Shown here: positions 12,181-25,290 of the stretch, piece after piece
Layout of the letters: each line of letters opens with the position of its first letter
Numbering within the stretch: the first letter of the stretch is position 1
Source of the DNA: Rhynchobatus australiae
Lineage: Eukaryota
DNA: 64,000 nucleotides
Assembly: GCA_034780895.1 (NCBI GenBank)
Contig: JAUZTB010000135.1
Span: forward strand, 81,798,772-81,862,771
Direction: 5' to 3'
Made by a program: the position numbers and the translations under genes
Notes under the pieces: model-generated
What the model was told of the DNA's origin: nothing
Database searches by the model: none
The model's input: the letters and a program-made list of their open reading frames with translations, nothing else

Positions 12181-12764
12181 TTAGACGTGCTCTAGCAGTG
12201 TTCACCACCAGCTAACTCATGCTGTGGCTTGTTATTAATGGAAGTCGATTTGTGCTCCATATATTAATTTATTTTCCACTTTTATTCTCCAGTTTGCTGA
12301 TCACTGAAATCACAGCCTACAGAGCAGTAAATTGTGCTCAGCGTTCATTATGATTATGTGTTGTAATACATCATCCACTGTTTCCATTAATTTTTAAACT
12401 GGTTTGACCAACTCTTAGAGCAGGAATTTCCCCATCAGTCAGAAATGTGCTTTCAGCTGCCAGTGTCAACCTGCTGAGAACCAGCTCTGTTTTCCTTGTG
12501 TTTCTTTCTGACTGGCTTCAGGTGCTCTTAGCATCTGGTGCTAGCAGTTTGTTTCTGTGGGACAGGGAAAGCCAGTGCTCTTCTCACAGCTGAGAGAGTC
12601 AATGGCTGTGCCTATAGCAGCATAGTTTTTGCCTCAAGCTGGTGCTTTTTTGGGATGCCAGATTACAACTATAGGGAATCTTCAGCAGTGGTGTTATTGT
12701 GTGCAGTCCAGAACAGGGACTCAGCTTTATGCCCCTAACTGGAGGACACCCTTATGTGAGCTCA

Positions 12765-14190
12765 AGAAACAGGAGTAGGGTTCAGCTATTTAGCCCTTGC
12801 TGATCTTTGATCTCTACTTTGCTGCCTGATCTCCTTGTCCCATGATTCCCATGAAGTCTAAGATCTATCCATCTCAGCCTCTTTATATACTGAAGAACTG
12901 GGCAAGCATGGTCGGCTGGGGCAGAGAATTCTGAGGATGAATTGAGTGAGGAAATTCATCCTTGGCTCAACCTTATCTTGAATCTAAGGCCCTTAATTCT
13001 AGATTCTACAGTTTAAGACCTAGCCTATCAACTCCTCTCAGAATCTTGGGTTTCATTGAAATTACCTCTTATTTTTCTAAAATCCAGAGACTACAAGCCC
13101 AGACCACTCAATCTGTCTTTGTAGGACAGTTTGCTCATTCCACAAATTCATCTACTGAGGTTTAGTCGTACTATCTTATAGTGAAATATATCAGGATAGA
13201 AGTTTGTCAAAATGCACAATAATGTGTGCATGCTGAAGTTTACTTCTGAAATTCAGATCCATTGACACCAATAGAACCAAATGTTAGAAGCAGCAATCAA
13301 CATGAATACACTACTACATTGCAATATACATGGATGAACTTTCTTAGGTACGAAGAACAACACTGTACATGTTATTTTAGGTTTGGTCTCAACAAACTCT
13401 GTACAATTCAGCAAGACTTTCTAACTTCAGTCATTTGCAATAGAGGCCAACATGCCAGTTAGCCTACAGTGAACTTCTTGTATTTTGTTTGGAAGGGCAT
13501 ACAAACCTTTCCGAACACCAATCTGAGAGTTCACCATTTTAATTAAAAAATCCATTTCCCATCCCTCTTACAAAAAGAATAGTCTTGTGTTTTCCCACTT
13601 ATCTGCTACTTCCTTCCCCACTGCATTTAATCTGTCAACATCCCTTGCAGCCTCCTTTCTATCTCCTCAACTCACTTTCGGCAATGATATGGATTACATT
13701 CATTACTCTCAATTCATTGATCTGATTCACTTATACATTACATGGACCCAGAAGCCTTGACACTTCACACGTGGAACACTATTAGTAACAGCCAATCCAA
13801 AGTAAAAGATTTTTAATATTTGTTTACTGATACTTCATTGATGTAAATATTACCCCCTACCTGTGAGTTCTCATTTTGTATAATCTTATCAAATTCCTTT
13901 TGAATATTCAGATAGAATAAACCCACCAATTCCCACTCATCTACTTTGCTAGTTACGTTTCAAAACAGACTATTAGATTTGTCAAAACAGGATTCCCATT
14001 TCATAAATGAATGTTGATTATGCCGAATGATAAATGTGAATTCTTTTAGTAAAGAGTGCTCTGTTGCCACTTAAATAGTGCTTTCCAAGATTTTCCCAGT
14101 GACTGATGTCAGGCTAATTTCTCTCTATCCTTTCCTGAATAGAGAATTTACATTCATGACCTTCATATCCATCAAAATCTTGCCAAAAAA
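12765..14190 (-). mobile_element. Old, fragmented CR1 LINE (3' UTR and RT region)
   Basis: aagaaacaggagtagg tail; gaggccaacatgcc, tttgctagttac and gactgatgtcaggcta (reverse of the RPxSLTSV-coding segment). Confidence 0.6.
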
Positions 14191-14399
14191 ATCTTAAACA
14201 ATTGTTGTTCATTTAATGCGGCATGGATCCGTTAGCCACTCACTGCTGCATGAAGCTGGCCAAATGATTCCTCCAGTCTCAGTGGCTGCACTGACTGAGG
14301 CCTGTGGCCAAGCAGCAATTCTTCCCAGCCCTCTTTTGGAAGGGCTGTAACTGCCTGGCACTGCCTACTGCTGGCAGTGTACAGTAAGTGAATTGAAAG

Positions 14400-15195
14400 G
14401 TGCATCCTGTTGCTGGTCAATGGGGCTCCCTCTCCCGCATAAACACCTACATTAATGGTTCAACCCTGGAAGCTACAGACCAGGTTGAGGAGGTTTTCTG
14501 TTCCAATCTAAAGAAAATTCTGGACTGCATCCAGAAGAGAGATAGACTAATAATCCTGGACAAGTTCAATGCTAGGATAGGATAAATATAAACCACTGAC
14601 AAGGTTTCTGTAACATGACTCTGATGTACTATTTTCTTGTCATCAACTGTCATCATTGACTTATTCATTAAAACGTACAGAAAAATGGACCCGTCACCAT
14701 GAAACAACACTCAACTGCCAACCCTCTTCTGCTGTACATCACTGCCCTCTGACAATAAAGGTTCACGATGTCAAACATGGATCACTTTCCATATCTCGGC
14801 AACCACCTCTTGCAAAGGCAGATATCAATGAAAAGGTTCACCACTACCTCAAACCCAGCTGCCNNNNNNNNNNAGCTGCCACAGTCTATTGAGCAATCAC
14901 CTTCTCTTGCCCCCCCCTGCATGCTCCTGAGGCATGGACTACATTGACCAGGCAATTTAAAGCACTATAGAGACACCACCAGCACTGTATCCACAAAATG
15001 TTGCAAGTTCATTGACAAAATAAGCAAACCAACCTCCCAGGGAAATAGCCCCAGTACTGAGGATCTAACTACATAGCCAGTTCTATTGGCTGGGCCTTAT
15101 TGTTGTTATACCTGACATCAGAAACTCTACTCCTAAACTCAATCACAGCAGGAGATTGCCAAAAAGACAGTAAGTGCCTCAAAGATGTTTGTATA
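14400..15195 (+). mobile_element. RTE-clade LINE, internally deleted (endonuclease piece joined to RT C-terminal piece)
   Basis: STLEATDQVEEVFCSNLKKILDCIQKRDRLIILDKFNARIG (GDFNARVG motif), then atggatcactttccatatctcggc (DHFPYLG) and AKADINEKVHHYLK. Confidence 0.8.
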
Positions 15196-15639
15196 GAGTC
15201 TTTAAATGGTTAGCACATGGATCTAAGCCATTTGATCTGTCAAGTCCATACCACCTCTATGAAACAGCAACTTAGCTAATTGCACTTCTCACATAGCCTC
15301 AGACATTTCATCCTTTGAGATACTTACGTCACAATGTTGAGCAAAGAGCAAGCTCTGGAGAACCNNNNNNNNNNNNNNNNNNNNNNNNNNNNNNNNNNNN
15401 NNNNNNNNNNNNNNNNNNNNNNNNNNNNNNNNNNNNNNNNNNNNNNNNNNNNNNNNNNNNNNNNGATGGGGCACAGGTGTGTGTCATTATGCAATTAGTT
15501 GTGCATGGAATCCATGTGGTGTACAACAAGGCACCATCAATGGAACCGAATCAAGGGCCAGTACTCGGAACCATGACAACTTATCCAGCTTCCTTGGGCA
15601 TGCTACAGCTGAATCTATCATCTCTATGATTACTCCAGT

Positions 15640-17180
15640 GCATTCCACATGCCAAACACTCACTGAGCACACAAAGTCTTTCCTCATGTCACTTCAGATT
15701 CTTTTGCCAGTCACCTTCATTCTATGTCCTCAGGTTCTTGACCCTTCCACCACTTTCCCTTTATCTATGCCCATGATTTTAAATACCTCTTATCACTTCA
15801 TCTTCCTCTGTCCCAAGGAAAGCAATTCTTGCTTCTTAGCTCATTCACATAAATAAAGTTCTTCATTCCTGGAATCATTTTAGTAAATCACTTCTGTACC
15901 CTCTACAAGGCCTCCCCATTTTTCCTAAAGTGTGGTGCTCAGAACCAGGCTCCAGTTGTGGCTAAGCCAGTCTTGTATAAAGGTTCATGATTTTTTTCAT
16001 TTTCATTGTGCTCTAGGCCTCTAATAGGGGTACCTAAAAACATGAAGAATGTAGACAGAGTAATGACAGGGAGGCTTAAGAACCAGGGAACTGACAAAAG
16101 AACCAAAAGAGACATGACATAAAACTTTATTTATAAATCATGTCAGCCTTACTTCCCATATGTTCCACTCAACCACATCTTCCTTTTTGACCCTTTTTCT
16201 TACTTCATTTGAAAGTGCTATCAAGTTAGTTAGACACAGTTTGCCTGCTGGCTTTCTCCAATCTAACCACACCTTTCCAAGTTGATTGCTAATTCTATCC
16301 CTGATTATCGTTTCTACAATTTTCCCCACCACTGAGGTTTGCAAAGTCCTCTTGGAGAAAATGGACATGCTCACTGACTCATGTGGACTGCTAGCCCATG
16401 ACCAAACAAAATGAAGAAGGAGCATCTGGAAAAGCATTGAGCACCTCGAGTCCCTTCCTTGTGCGCATGTGGAAACAGAAAAAAAACAGAAGGAACATAC
16501 CACCTCCCAAACCCACTCACTCATCCACAACGTGGCAGTCTGCAGATCCCACATTGCCTCATCAGTGACCTCAGAACCCATAGACCTGGAGTGGAAGTGA
16601 GTCATCCTCAGTTCGGAGTGACTACCTAAGAAAATAGGGATCCTCTCTGGAACATAAGCAGTTTTGGAAGATTGTAACCAATGCATCCACTATTTTCTCA
16701 GCCACTCTCTCCAATCNNNNNNNNNNNNNNNNNNNNNNNNNNNNNNNNNNNNNCTGATTATTGAACCCTAGAATGTCTGAATAAATTGTTACTTTTAATT
16801 CCATTAATTTTGTCAATACATTTTGTTTGCTAATGTTAATTATTTTAATTTCCATTAGAACCTTTCTTCACCTTTCTTTCCTTGTCTTCTGTTGTGAAGA
16901 CTGATGCAAAATATTTGTTTAACATTTCAATTATTTCCTTATTCCCCATTATATCTCCTGCTTTGACCTCCAAGACCCAAGTTTATGTTTATTAGTTTTG
17001 TTCTCTTTATATACTTGTAGAAACTCCTACAAGTTAAATATTCTTCTTTCCTCCCTCTCTTTTCCAATTTTTTTACCATCCTTTTCTGGTGTTGAAAACT
17101 CTTCCAATCCTGAAGCTTACTATTTTAGATAATATTAGAAGCTTTGTTCAATCCTTTGGAATTAAAACTCTTTAGTTTTC
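15640..17180 (-). mobile_element. CR1 LINE fragments (15640-16020, 16140-16338, 16635-17180) interrupted by an RTE 3' end
   Basis: ORF-track peptides TSVVGKIVETIIRDRISNQL..GKLCLTNLIAL and LERVAEKIVDALVTIFQN are CR1 RT-region motifs. Confidence 0.8.
16340..16633 (+). mobile_element. RTE LINE 3' end nested in CR1
   Basis: gtctgcagatcccacattgcctcatcagtgacctcagaacccat (CRSHIxLxSxLRTH-like end) and tail ggaagtgagtcatcctc...cctaagaa; the same terminus occurs at 28300-28460, 29200-29270 and 49455-49520. Confidence 0.75.
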
Positions 17181-20100
17181 TTGTGGAATATTTTTCAGTA
17201 TAGTAATACACAACGATAATAAGAAATATAGTAAGTAAAAAACATAAAATTATAAAAAATCACTAAGTGCAAAAATACATTTTCATATTGAATAGAAATC
17301 AAAGCCACCTTTTGTTTTCAGATTTTCCCAAGCTGAACTTTATTCCTCGCTGTAACTTCACTGATGGAAAAACTGAGAGGGTCTTTCAGAGTGAACTGGT
17401 AGTCAGAGGAGCATAGACAGAGACCTCAGAGCTGGTCTCCTGGGGATTCTCTCATACAAGAATGGTGTATAGATGAAGGAAGACCACAGGAAGAAATGTG
17501 GAAATATTAAAATGTATAGTAGTGATGCACAACAACTTTGAGGATACATCCCTATTATTCTCAGTGAACTGAAGGTCAAATCGATCTCCTCAGTGTCAGG
17601 AAGGTCCTCAAGTTGCCCAGGATACCTTTGTTCCCCGAACAGTACATAGGTTATAGTGAACGCATAGTGCATGAACAACCAAAACTTACTGTGTGACACA
17701 TAGATTGAACTTTTCATTTCCTCCTTGGCCTTTGGGGAGATCTTGCAAGCTTGCTCTGGTGAATAATGATACATCGCAGACCTGATGAAACATTCTGCTT
17801 TTGCTCGAGGGACAAGTACTTGGCTCTCTTTGGTCTATAATTAAAGAAAGAAGTACACCGAGGGCTGGATTTTGCCTGTGGGCCTTCTGCCACTCATTGA
17901 AGTGTAGACTCCAAGGTTTAAACTTTATCAAGTTTTACCTTTACAACTTTGAAGCCTTCTTAAAACATAAATATAATTATTCTGCACAGTTTAGTTTTCC
18001 ATCACTGAGAACTGTCAGAAATATTACTCACCTCTCTCATGTGGATAGAGCATTACTCACTATGTTTTGAGCCAGGCTTTCTCTATCCTGACACACATAA
18101 GTATGACAATTGCAATGCATGAATGAAGCTGAATGAAGATGAACATGTCTGTATTCTGAACACAGAAAAGTTACAAGAATCTTATGAACAGAATAAAATG
18201 AAAAAAAAATTGTTTTGATGAAAAAAGCAGAAAAAACTTTTTTTGATGAATGCATGTGGATAGAAATTGAGGAGCACCTTAGCTCAAAACAGCAACTCCA
18301 GGAAAGCTCAATGAGACTGTTTCTGACATACATCTGTTAAAGCTCACTAGGAGTATGGAAACAGTAAAGGTTTAAAAAAAACCCTGTAATGTAAAAACCC
18401 TGTACATTTTTTGGGTCTTTTTTAGGTCAAGGTTGCTCTTTGTGAAGATCAGTTTTGGTCAATAAATTGAAAAACAATGTAGTACACAATAATTTTACAT
18501 GCATCTCCAAAGGCATCAATGAGCTGAATAGTGTGTTATTGAAATAATGTATAACAGAATTCATGTCACCAGATGCAAAGTCCTGAAAATGGTCCTCACT
18601 CTGAATGGATAAATTATTAACAGAATTTTATCAAGTCAGAGTGAACAGAAGACAAACTTTGAAGATGCAGACATTCCTTCACAATGACCAAATATTACTG
18701 CAGTGAGGCTACAAATCTACTTACATTGACCTCTGCAGCTAACAGGAAATTTTGGACTCCTGAGGAAGTGACACTAATGTAGGAGTCCTGAATTTGCTTG
18801 CAGGCTGATTGTCCACAATCATTTGGAATGGGCCCCTACCTCATTCACCACTTGAACTCCTACAGAGATAGAGCAAAAAAAGTCTTAGCAGTTGCACTGG
18901 GAAATCTCCCACTGAGCCATCCCTTGTTAAACCCAACAGTGTTTCCATGATTCCTTTCATTTCATCAGAGAGGAATGGCTGTGAGGAAGAGAGGTAAGTT
19001 TTTGGATAATTTACAAGATCTGTTTTATTTATGTTAATTCAAATTTAAATTATGTTAAGTATTTTCTTGTATTTTAATTGTAATGATTTTTATAACACAT
19101 TTTGATAGTTTTACATTTTCTAATAGTAAGCTTAACTTCCAAGAAATTTTGAATATCAGAAACACTTATAAACCAATTTCTTCAGATGGGCACGTAGCTT
19201 AATTTGTTGTCGAAGTATTTCTGCAGAATTTAGAGTGGAAGGTTCTGCTTTGTGCTTGAGCCTCTTTATTGGGTCAGAGTGTGTTTTGGTGAGGACATTC
19301 TCACTACAGAATCCACTCAAGTGTGTTTAGTGTGCTGAGCAAAACGCTGAGAACAGTAGCTGAAAAGTAATTGTGGGAGGATGAGNNNNNNNNNNNNNNN
19401 NNNNAGTTCCAGGCTGTGGCGTCTAACCAAGAGCCAGAAATAATTATGTCTGTTGCTAAAAGTCATGATCCTAAAGCAAAATATACAAACATAAATCAAA
19501 CCAATTGCTTCCATTAGACACTAAAAAGCTAATTTTGAATAACTCTATGTTCTGTACATTTTTTAACATTCTAGACTGGCTAATTCCAGTTTTTTCCTGG
19601 CTAGTCTCAAGTTTTGTTAGATAATGGGACACTTTACTATGTTAAATTCAAATTTTATTACTCCGCCTGATCTGGGATCGAGCATTAGCTCTAAGGCTGC
19701 ACATGGGTCACCACTCCCCACAGCACCCGCTAACATGTAGCAGTCAACTGGACCCATGATCAGTGTTGGCCTCTGATTATCTCTGCCCATCATGACTGGG
19801 CAACCACCTGACATTCAGCTGGAGGATACAGCAGGGTGTCACCAAGTCGGCATCTCCACTTACATCTGGAATAGGATCTGTTTGCCTTTCTAACCATTAA
19901 TTGGGGGTAGTTTTCCTCTTTTGGAGCAAATGGGCTGAAGCAGGGATGGAGACGGACAAAGGTGCAGAGGTGGAAGCTTGTTCATGTAAATGAACAAAAG
20001 CAAACTGGGTGACCTACAAGGATATTTAATCATCCCCACCTGGGGAATCTCTATGCAGTCATAGCAGGCGATTATACACAAATACAAGTGGAATAAATAA

Positions 20101-20599
20101 CTCTTCTTTTCCCATGTAAGGGTTATTTTTCAATCGCCAACATTTGAGGCTGCCAGTATTTACACGTGAATAATTGGAGTGTTTTTTCAGTGTTTCCTGA
20201 CTTGGTTAATGTCCCTCCTCAATCTACTCCTTCATGTTGCTGGTTGGAGTAGCATATTACCAGCTACTATGTAGTTTGAAATGCACAGAAGGTTTACTGG
20301 CACCTGAAAGAAGAAAAGGTGGTTCAGATGTTTAGTTTTTGTGAATGAGTGATCTACACCCAAACCATTAACCTGTCATNNNNNNNNNNNNNNNNNNNNN
20401 NNNNNNNNNNNNNNNNNNNNNNNNNNNNNNNNNNNNNNNNNNNNNNNNNNNNNNNNNNNNNNNNNNNNNNNNNNNNNNNNNNNNNNNNNNNNNNNNNNNN
20501 NNNNNNNNNNNNNNNNNNNNNNNNNNNNNNNNNNNNNNNNNNAATTCACAGTAAAAGGTCAATGAGAGGAACTCGACCAAATTGCTTTCTCTCTTTTTC

Positions 20600-20704
20600 A
20601 ATTCTGATGAAATGACTTGAACCTGAAATGTTAACTGTTTCCCTTTCCACTGACACTGCCTGATCTGCTGCGTTTTCCCAGTTTCTTTTTTGTTTTTATT
20701 TCAG
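20600..20704 (+). mobile_element. Penelope-like terminal repeat with hammerhead core (CTGATGA 20604-20610, GAAA 20625-20628)
   Basis: att-ctgatga-aatgacttgaacct-gaaa-tgtt-aact, followed by ctgcctgatctgctg...tgtttttatttcag. Confidence 0.7.
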
Positions 20705-21437
20705 TGTTGTAAGTGGAGTAGGTATTTCTTCAGGGAGAGGAAAAGTAGAGGAGTACCATTCCACGCAGTTGTGTATGGTGTTCAGCCATCGAGACGGCCA
20801 CTGGAGAATTCCAAGAAAAGTACAAAGCCAGCTTCATGGTCATAATTGGTTTGGACCTTCAGGAGCACAGCATATAAACTGAGAGGATTTATAAGAGTAA
20901 AACTGAATATGTGAGAGTGCTCCTGTTCAATTTATGCCTTTTAAGGAAGTAACATTTTTCTGTTAACTTTTTCTTAACTTTGAACCATGGTCTTAAAATG
21001 ATGCCATGAGTTGCAGGTGCATGAACACTGAATGTGGTTTGTGTTACCTCACCAAGTGAGTTGAGGTGACACCTCTAGCTGAACACACTCAGTTTTCATG
21101 TCCATTATTGGAAAGCCTTGGTCCCCTTGATCACACTGCCTTTCTTCCTGCCTAAACTTAGACCATGAGTATTGAAAGATAAATCAGACAACAGCGAGAT
21201 CGAAAGATGTGAGCCTGCTCCTGCTCATAGTTGACATCCACACATGCACACTTCATAAAAGAGGTTACAAGGTGGTAATCAGGAAAAGAGATGCCTGGCC
21301 AATTTTTCTTTAGGCACAGTTGTGTGATTAACTTGAAACATATTCTGTCCTTCACAAACTGAAAATAACTGAGTATTTTAGGTCATGGGTTGAAATTTCT
21401 TGAATTGTGTCGAAGACAAAGAGTATATTTAGCCAGG

Positions 21438-21550
21438 AGTCACAAGAGACTGCAGATATTGGAATCAGGAGCAACACACAAACAGCTGGAGGAACTCAAC
21501 AGGTCAGGCGGCATCTATGGAGGGAAATGGACAGTCAACGTTTCGAGCCC
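21438..21550 (-). mobile_element. Penelope-like terminal-repeat fragment
   Basis: cacaagagactgcagatattggaatc...ggtcaggcggcatctatggagggaaatggacagtcaacgtttcg; minus strand keeps GAAACGTTGACT, the hammerhead 3' half. Confidence 0.75.
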
Positions 21551-21878
21551 AGATCATGCAAGAAAAGGAATCATAACCTTTTGACAAGGCTCAGATAATT
21601 TCATTTTACTTAGAAGTAGCAGTTGATGAAGCAGGTTTTACAGATGATCTTTGTTGAATGCTGACTGAAAGNNNNNNNNNNGTTGTGATATTTGATCTCC
21701 ATGGTACCAAACTTACCTGATTTCTTTCTTGCTTCCTTCTGAACTTTTGTTGGGGAGTTCCTGTTTGTTAAAAAAAAGACCAGGAAGAAAAAAAAAAATT
21801 CCCCTGAAAACTAAGTGATATGAAGATTTTATTACGGTAAAAAATATAGAGCAAAAGACCACACAGTTGTGAATTCAA

Positions 21879-21978
21879 AATCTGCAAGACACCAGAAATC
21901 TGAAAAGTTAATTCTGGTTCTTTTTCCACAGAGGCTGTCTGATCTGCTGAGTGCTTCCAGCATTTTTTGTTTTTATTC
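21879..21978. mobile_element. Short Penelope terminal-repeat fragment pair in inverted orientation
   Basis: ctgcaagacaccagaaatctgaaa followed by ...ctgatctgctgagtgcttccagcattttttgtttttatt. Confidence 0.55.
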
Positions 21979-22796
21979 CACAAAACCTTTCCTGAAACAT
22001 GCTCATAGCCCAGCACATTTGTTATTGAAGTGGTGGATTATAAGGAACTGGGTGAGTGATGGGTTAGCAGCTGCTACTTCTGCTAGTTTGAATTTATCCC
22101 TGCTGTGGATCTACTTAACCTACCTGCTTATTGAGATGATGAGATTGCCCTACAAGTACAAAATAGGTAAAATATCTGTGCATTTCACAGTGCACACAAA
22201 AGAATACTTCCAAATTTGGATAGTTTTACTCAGTCCAAGACACAAATGGTAAGAGAAGATGATCTTTTGAGATACATTCAACAATCAAAGATATGATTAT
22301 ATTGACAGATGTATCCCTTTTGCAATTTTAACATGATGGTGAAATGATGTTATGCATTACCAATTTTGTGCCTGGCTTTTACTCTGTTTATCTTTGTACT
22401 TCAGGCTTACTGTCTAATTTTAGACTTACCTCAGATTTCAAAATAAATTAATAAAAAAAATATAGTCATGCTGAAAGCAATNNNNNNNNNNGAGGATAAA
22501 CTGACATCGTGGAGAAGTGGGTTTGTTGACATGATGCAATACCAATGATATATTGAGATCTTATTTTATAATGAACCCTTGGATAAGATGGTAAGTGTTG
22601 TTTAAGGCAGGAACTAAGGACCACTGCAGGTCTCTAGGTTACTGCAGGGTTCCATTCCTGGGCTGTACATACATGGGTGTTTGTAAGCTGGGGAGGACCT
22701 GCACTCTGTATGAAGGTGACACATATTAAAAGGGAACTTCACAAATTGGAGGAATTTTGACTGGCATTTGATGAGGTTGCCCTTGGCTTTGATATT

Positions 22797-23490
22797 AGAA
22801 CATAGAACAGCACAGGAACAGGCCCTTTAGCCCATAATTTTGTGCTGAATGAATTAAGCTAGTAATTAAATGCCTCACTGAACTGATCCCTCCTGCCTAC
22901 ACAATGTTCATTATTCGTCCATTCTCTATATTCCTCCATTCCTTCATTCTCTACACATTCATTGGCCTATCAAAAAGCCTCTTACACACCTCTATTGTAC
23001 TTGCCTTCACCACCACCCCTGGCAGGGCATTCCTGTGCATTACCACTCTGTCCAGGGCATTACCATTACCACTCTGTGTAAAGAACTTGCCCCGCACATC
23101 TCCTTTGAATTTACCCCCTCTCGCCATAAGTGTATGCCCTCTAGTATTAGACCTGTTGCCCCTGGGAAAAGATACTGGCTGTCCACTCCATCTATGCCTC
23201 TCATACATTTCTATCAGGTCTCCCCTCATCATCTGCTGCTGCAGAGAAAACAAACCACATTTGTCCAACGTCTCCTTATAGCACATGCCCTCTAATCCAA
23301 GCAGCATCCTGGTATCCTCTCCTGCACCTTCTCCAAAGTCTCCACATCCTTCTTATATGGGGTGACCAGAATTGAATGCAATACTCCGGATCTGGCCTAA
23401 CTAGGTTTTTATGAAACTGCAATATAACTTCTCGTTTCTTGAACTCAATGCTTCGACTAATAAAGGCAAGCATGCCAAACACCTTCTTTA
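22797..23490 (-). mobile_element. CR1 LINE 3' end
   Basis: ORF-track peptides MFGMLAFISRSIEFKKREVILQ..LVRPDPEYCIQFWSPH and GLFSL..MRGDLIE..TRGHTL..FKGDVRGKFFTQ..NALP; tail agaacatagaac. Confidence 0.92.
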
Positions 23491-23499
23491 CCAGCGTAT

Positions 23500-23683
23500 C
23501 AACATGTACATTGTTATAGAAATGGACGAGAGTGAAGCCTCACCTGTATTCTGTTATTGTTTTTACCCTGTGCTACCTCAATGCACTGTGCAATGAATTG
23601 ATCTGTACAAGTGGTATGCAAGACAAGTTTTTCACTGTACCTCACTACAAGTGACAATAATAAACCAATATCAATGCCAATAC
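23500..23683 (+). mobile_element. Rex1/Babar-type LINE 3' UTR
   Basis: ctacctcaatgcactgtg...gcaagacaagtttttcactgtacctcactacaagtgacaataataaaccaat is the reverse complement of 32750-32860. Confidence 0.8.
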
Positions 23684-24694
23684 AAGAAATAGGAAATGAG
23701 AGTGGACCTGAGTTTCCTGCACTTATTTGGGTAGATTGGCTTGCCCACGTACAGTATGTTGGGTCTGTTCTCTGTTCCCCTGATGATTATGCCTAAAGGA
23801 TCAAAATGATATAAGAAACAAATTCATTACAGAATCAAAAATTCTAAAGTGAGAAAAGTGGCACATGTGCAACCTGGCAGGGAGGGGTGGTGGGGGAGGT
23901 GGTTGGGAGCTCCATTGAAAGGACATTGTGCCCAGTCCACTTTGTGATCATCCTGTTTATTTTTTCTGGTCAAGCTGTGATGGTTTTAGGAGAGATTTGC
24001 ATCACTGATAGGAACAGGGGGTGAAACACTGTTGATTAGGGAGGAGGTCCCTGTCCTTGAACTTGCAGTTCGCTGCTCCAAAACTCTGAAGTCATCCCTC
24101 AGGAGCTATTTTCCCCATCCCATAATGCCCTGCGTTCGGGGCAAAAATGGCATACGGTGGTTTCCTTGTATGCTTCATTGGGGTGATATCCAATAATAGC
24201 AGATAGGTGTGGACAAAGAGTAGGAGCTTCTTCCTTCATTGAAGGTTTTCCTGTCTGTTGCTGCACCTCACAGGCAGGGAAAGAGTGGCTGATAGAAAAT
24301 ACAGGCCAGACTCTGTGGTGCCAGAATATTCCTTGTTGAGTTCTGATGATTGCTGAAAAGAATGCAAGCTTGTAACTCCAGTCACAACTGGAGGTAACAC
24401 TCTGAACTTATTATGAGCTGCTGCTTCANNNNNNNNNNNNNNNNNNNNNNNNNNNNNNNNNNNNNNNNNNNNNNNNNNNNNNNNNNNNNNNNNNNNNNNN
24501 NTCTGCAAACAGCAAATACAACCACCTTATGGCTGCAGAACCTGTTGCTCATCAAGCCATCAAGGTCACAATTTTAAAAGCTGCTTCAGACTGCACTTCC
24601 TGCAATCAAAAGACAAGCCCAAGTTCTTGACCTGCATGGAGAAGGAGAATTAGTGGTGAAAGACAACTCACTGGCATTGTCCTACAGTTAACAA

Positions 24695-25290
24695 AAAGAA
24701 AGGCCTGCATTTATATAATTTCTTTCACCACTTTCAGATGTGCCAAATGCAAAACAATGAGGATGTTGGGAAATGAAAATAGAAAATGCTGTAAACTTTC
24801 TGCAGGTCAGACCACTTGAGAGAAAAACAGTGTTACTATTTCAGGTTGATGATCTACCATTATACCTGGAAAGAATTATTAAGGATAAACCATATTTTTA
24901 TATAAAGACAAAGTGGTGGTGGGGTGGGGGGCATGGTGGAAGGTAATAAACCTAAAGGGGAGGCCCATGATCTAATGCAAGCCAGGAGAGATTAAGTGGC
25001 AAAGGGAATGATGGTGCAAAGCAAAATTATGTGGTAAAGGGACAAGCAAAAAGACAAAAGATGGGTCTGGAGGGTTTATATGAGAAAAGCAGAATCATAA
25101 CCTGTTGAACTTGTGCATGGATGGTTGCAGTATGCTGAAAATAGGTTAAAGCCAATAAATTACTTTGAAGAAAACACTGTTGTAGTGCAGGAAAGCGGCA
25201 TTCAACTTGTAATCTCCCTTAATCAACAATGCTACCCAGTGTAGTGATGTTGATTGAGGCAGATTAGCCAAGACATTTGGACAGATACTG
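24695..25290 (-). mobile_element. Old Deu-domain/L2-tailed SINE remnant split by a Penelope fragment (~24770-25140)
   Basis: ctgcatttatata...agatgtgccaaa resumes at agccaataaattactttgaag..cactgttgtagtgcaggaaa; the intervening part starts with the Penelope terminal motif gaaaatagaaaatgctg. Confidence 0.5.

Noticed and set aside
18979-19000. Strong splice donor GAG|gtaagt with a tiny upstream exon candidate
   Set aside because: Cannot be linked to other exons and lies in probable repeat-derived DNA
23023-23080. Local duplication cagggcatt...cattaccactctgt
   Set aside because: Small slippage duplication inside a dead CR1 copy
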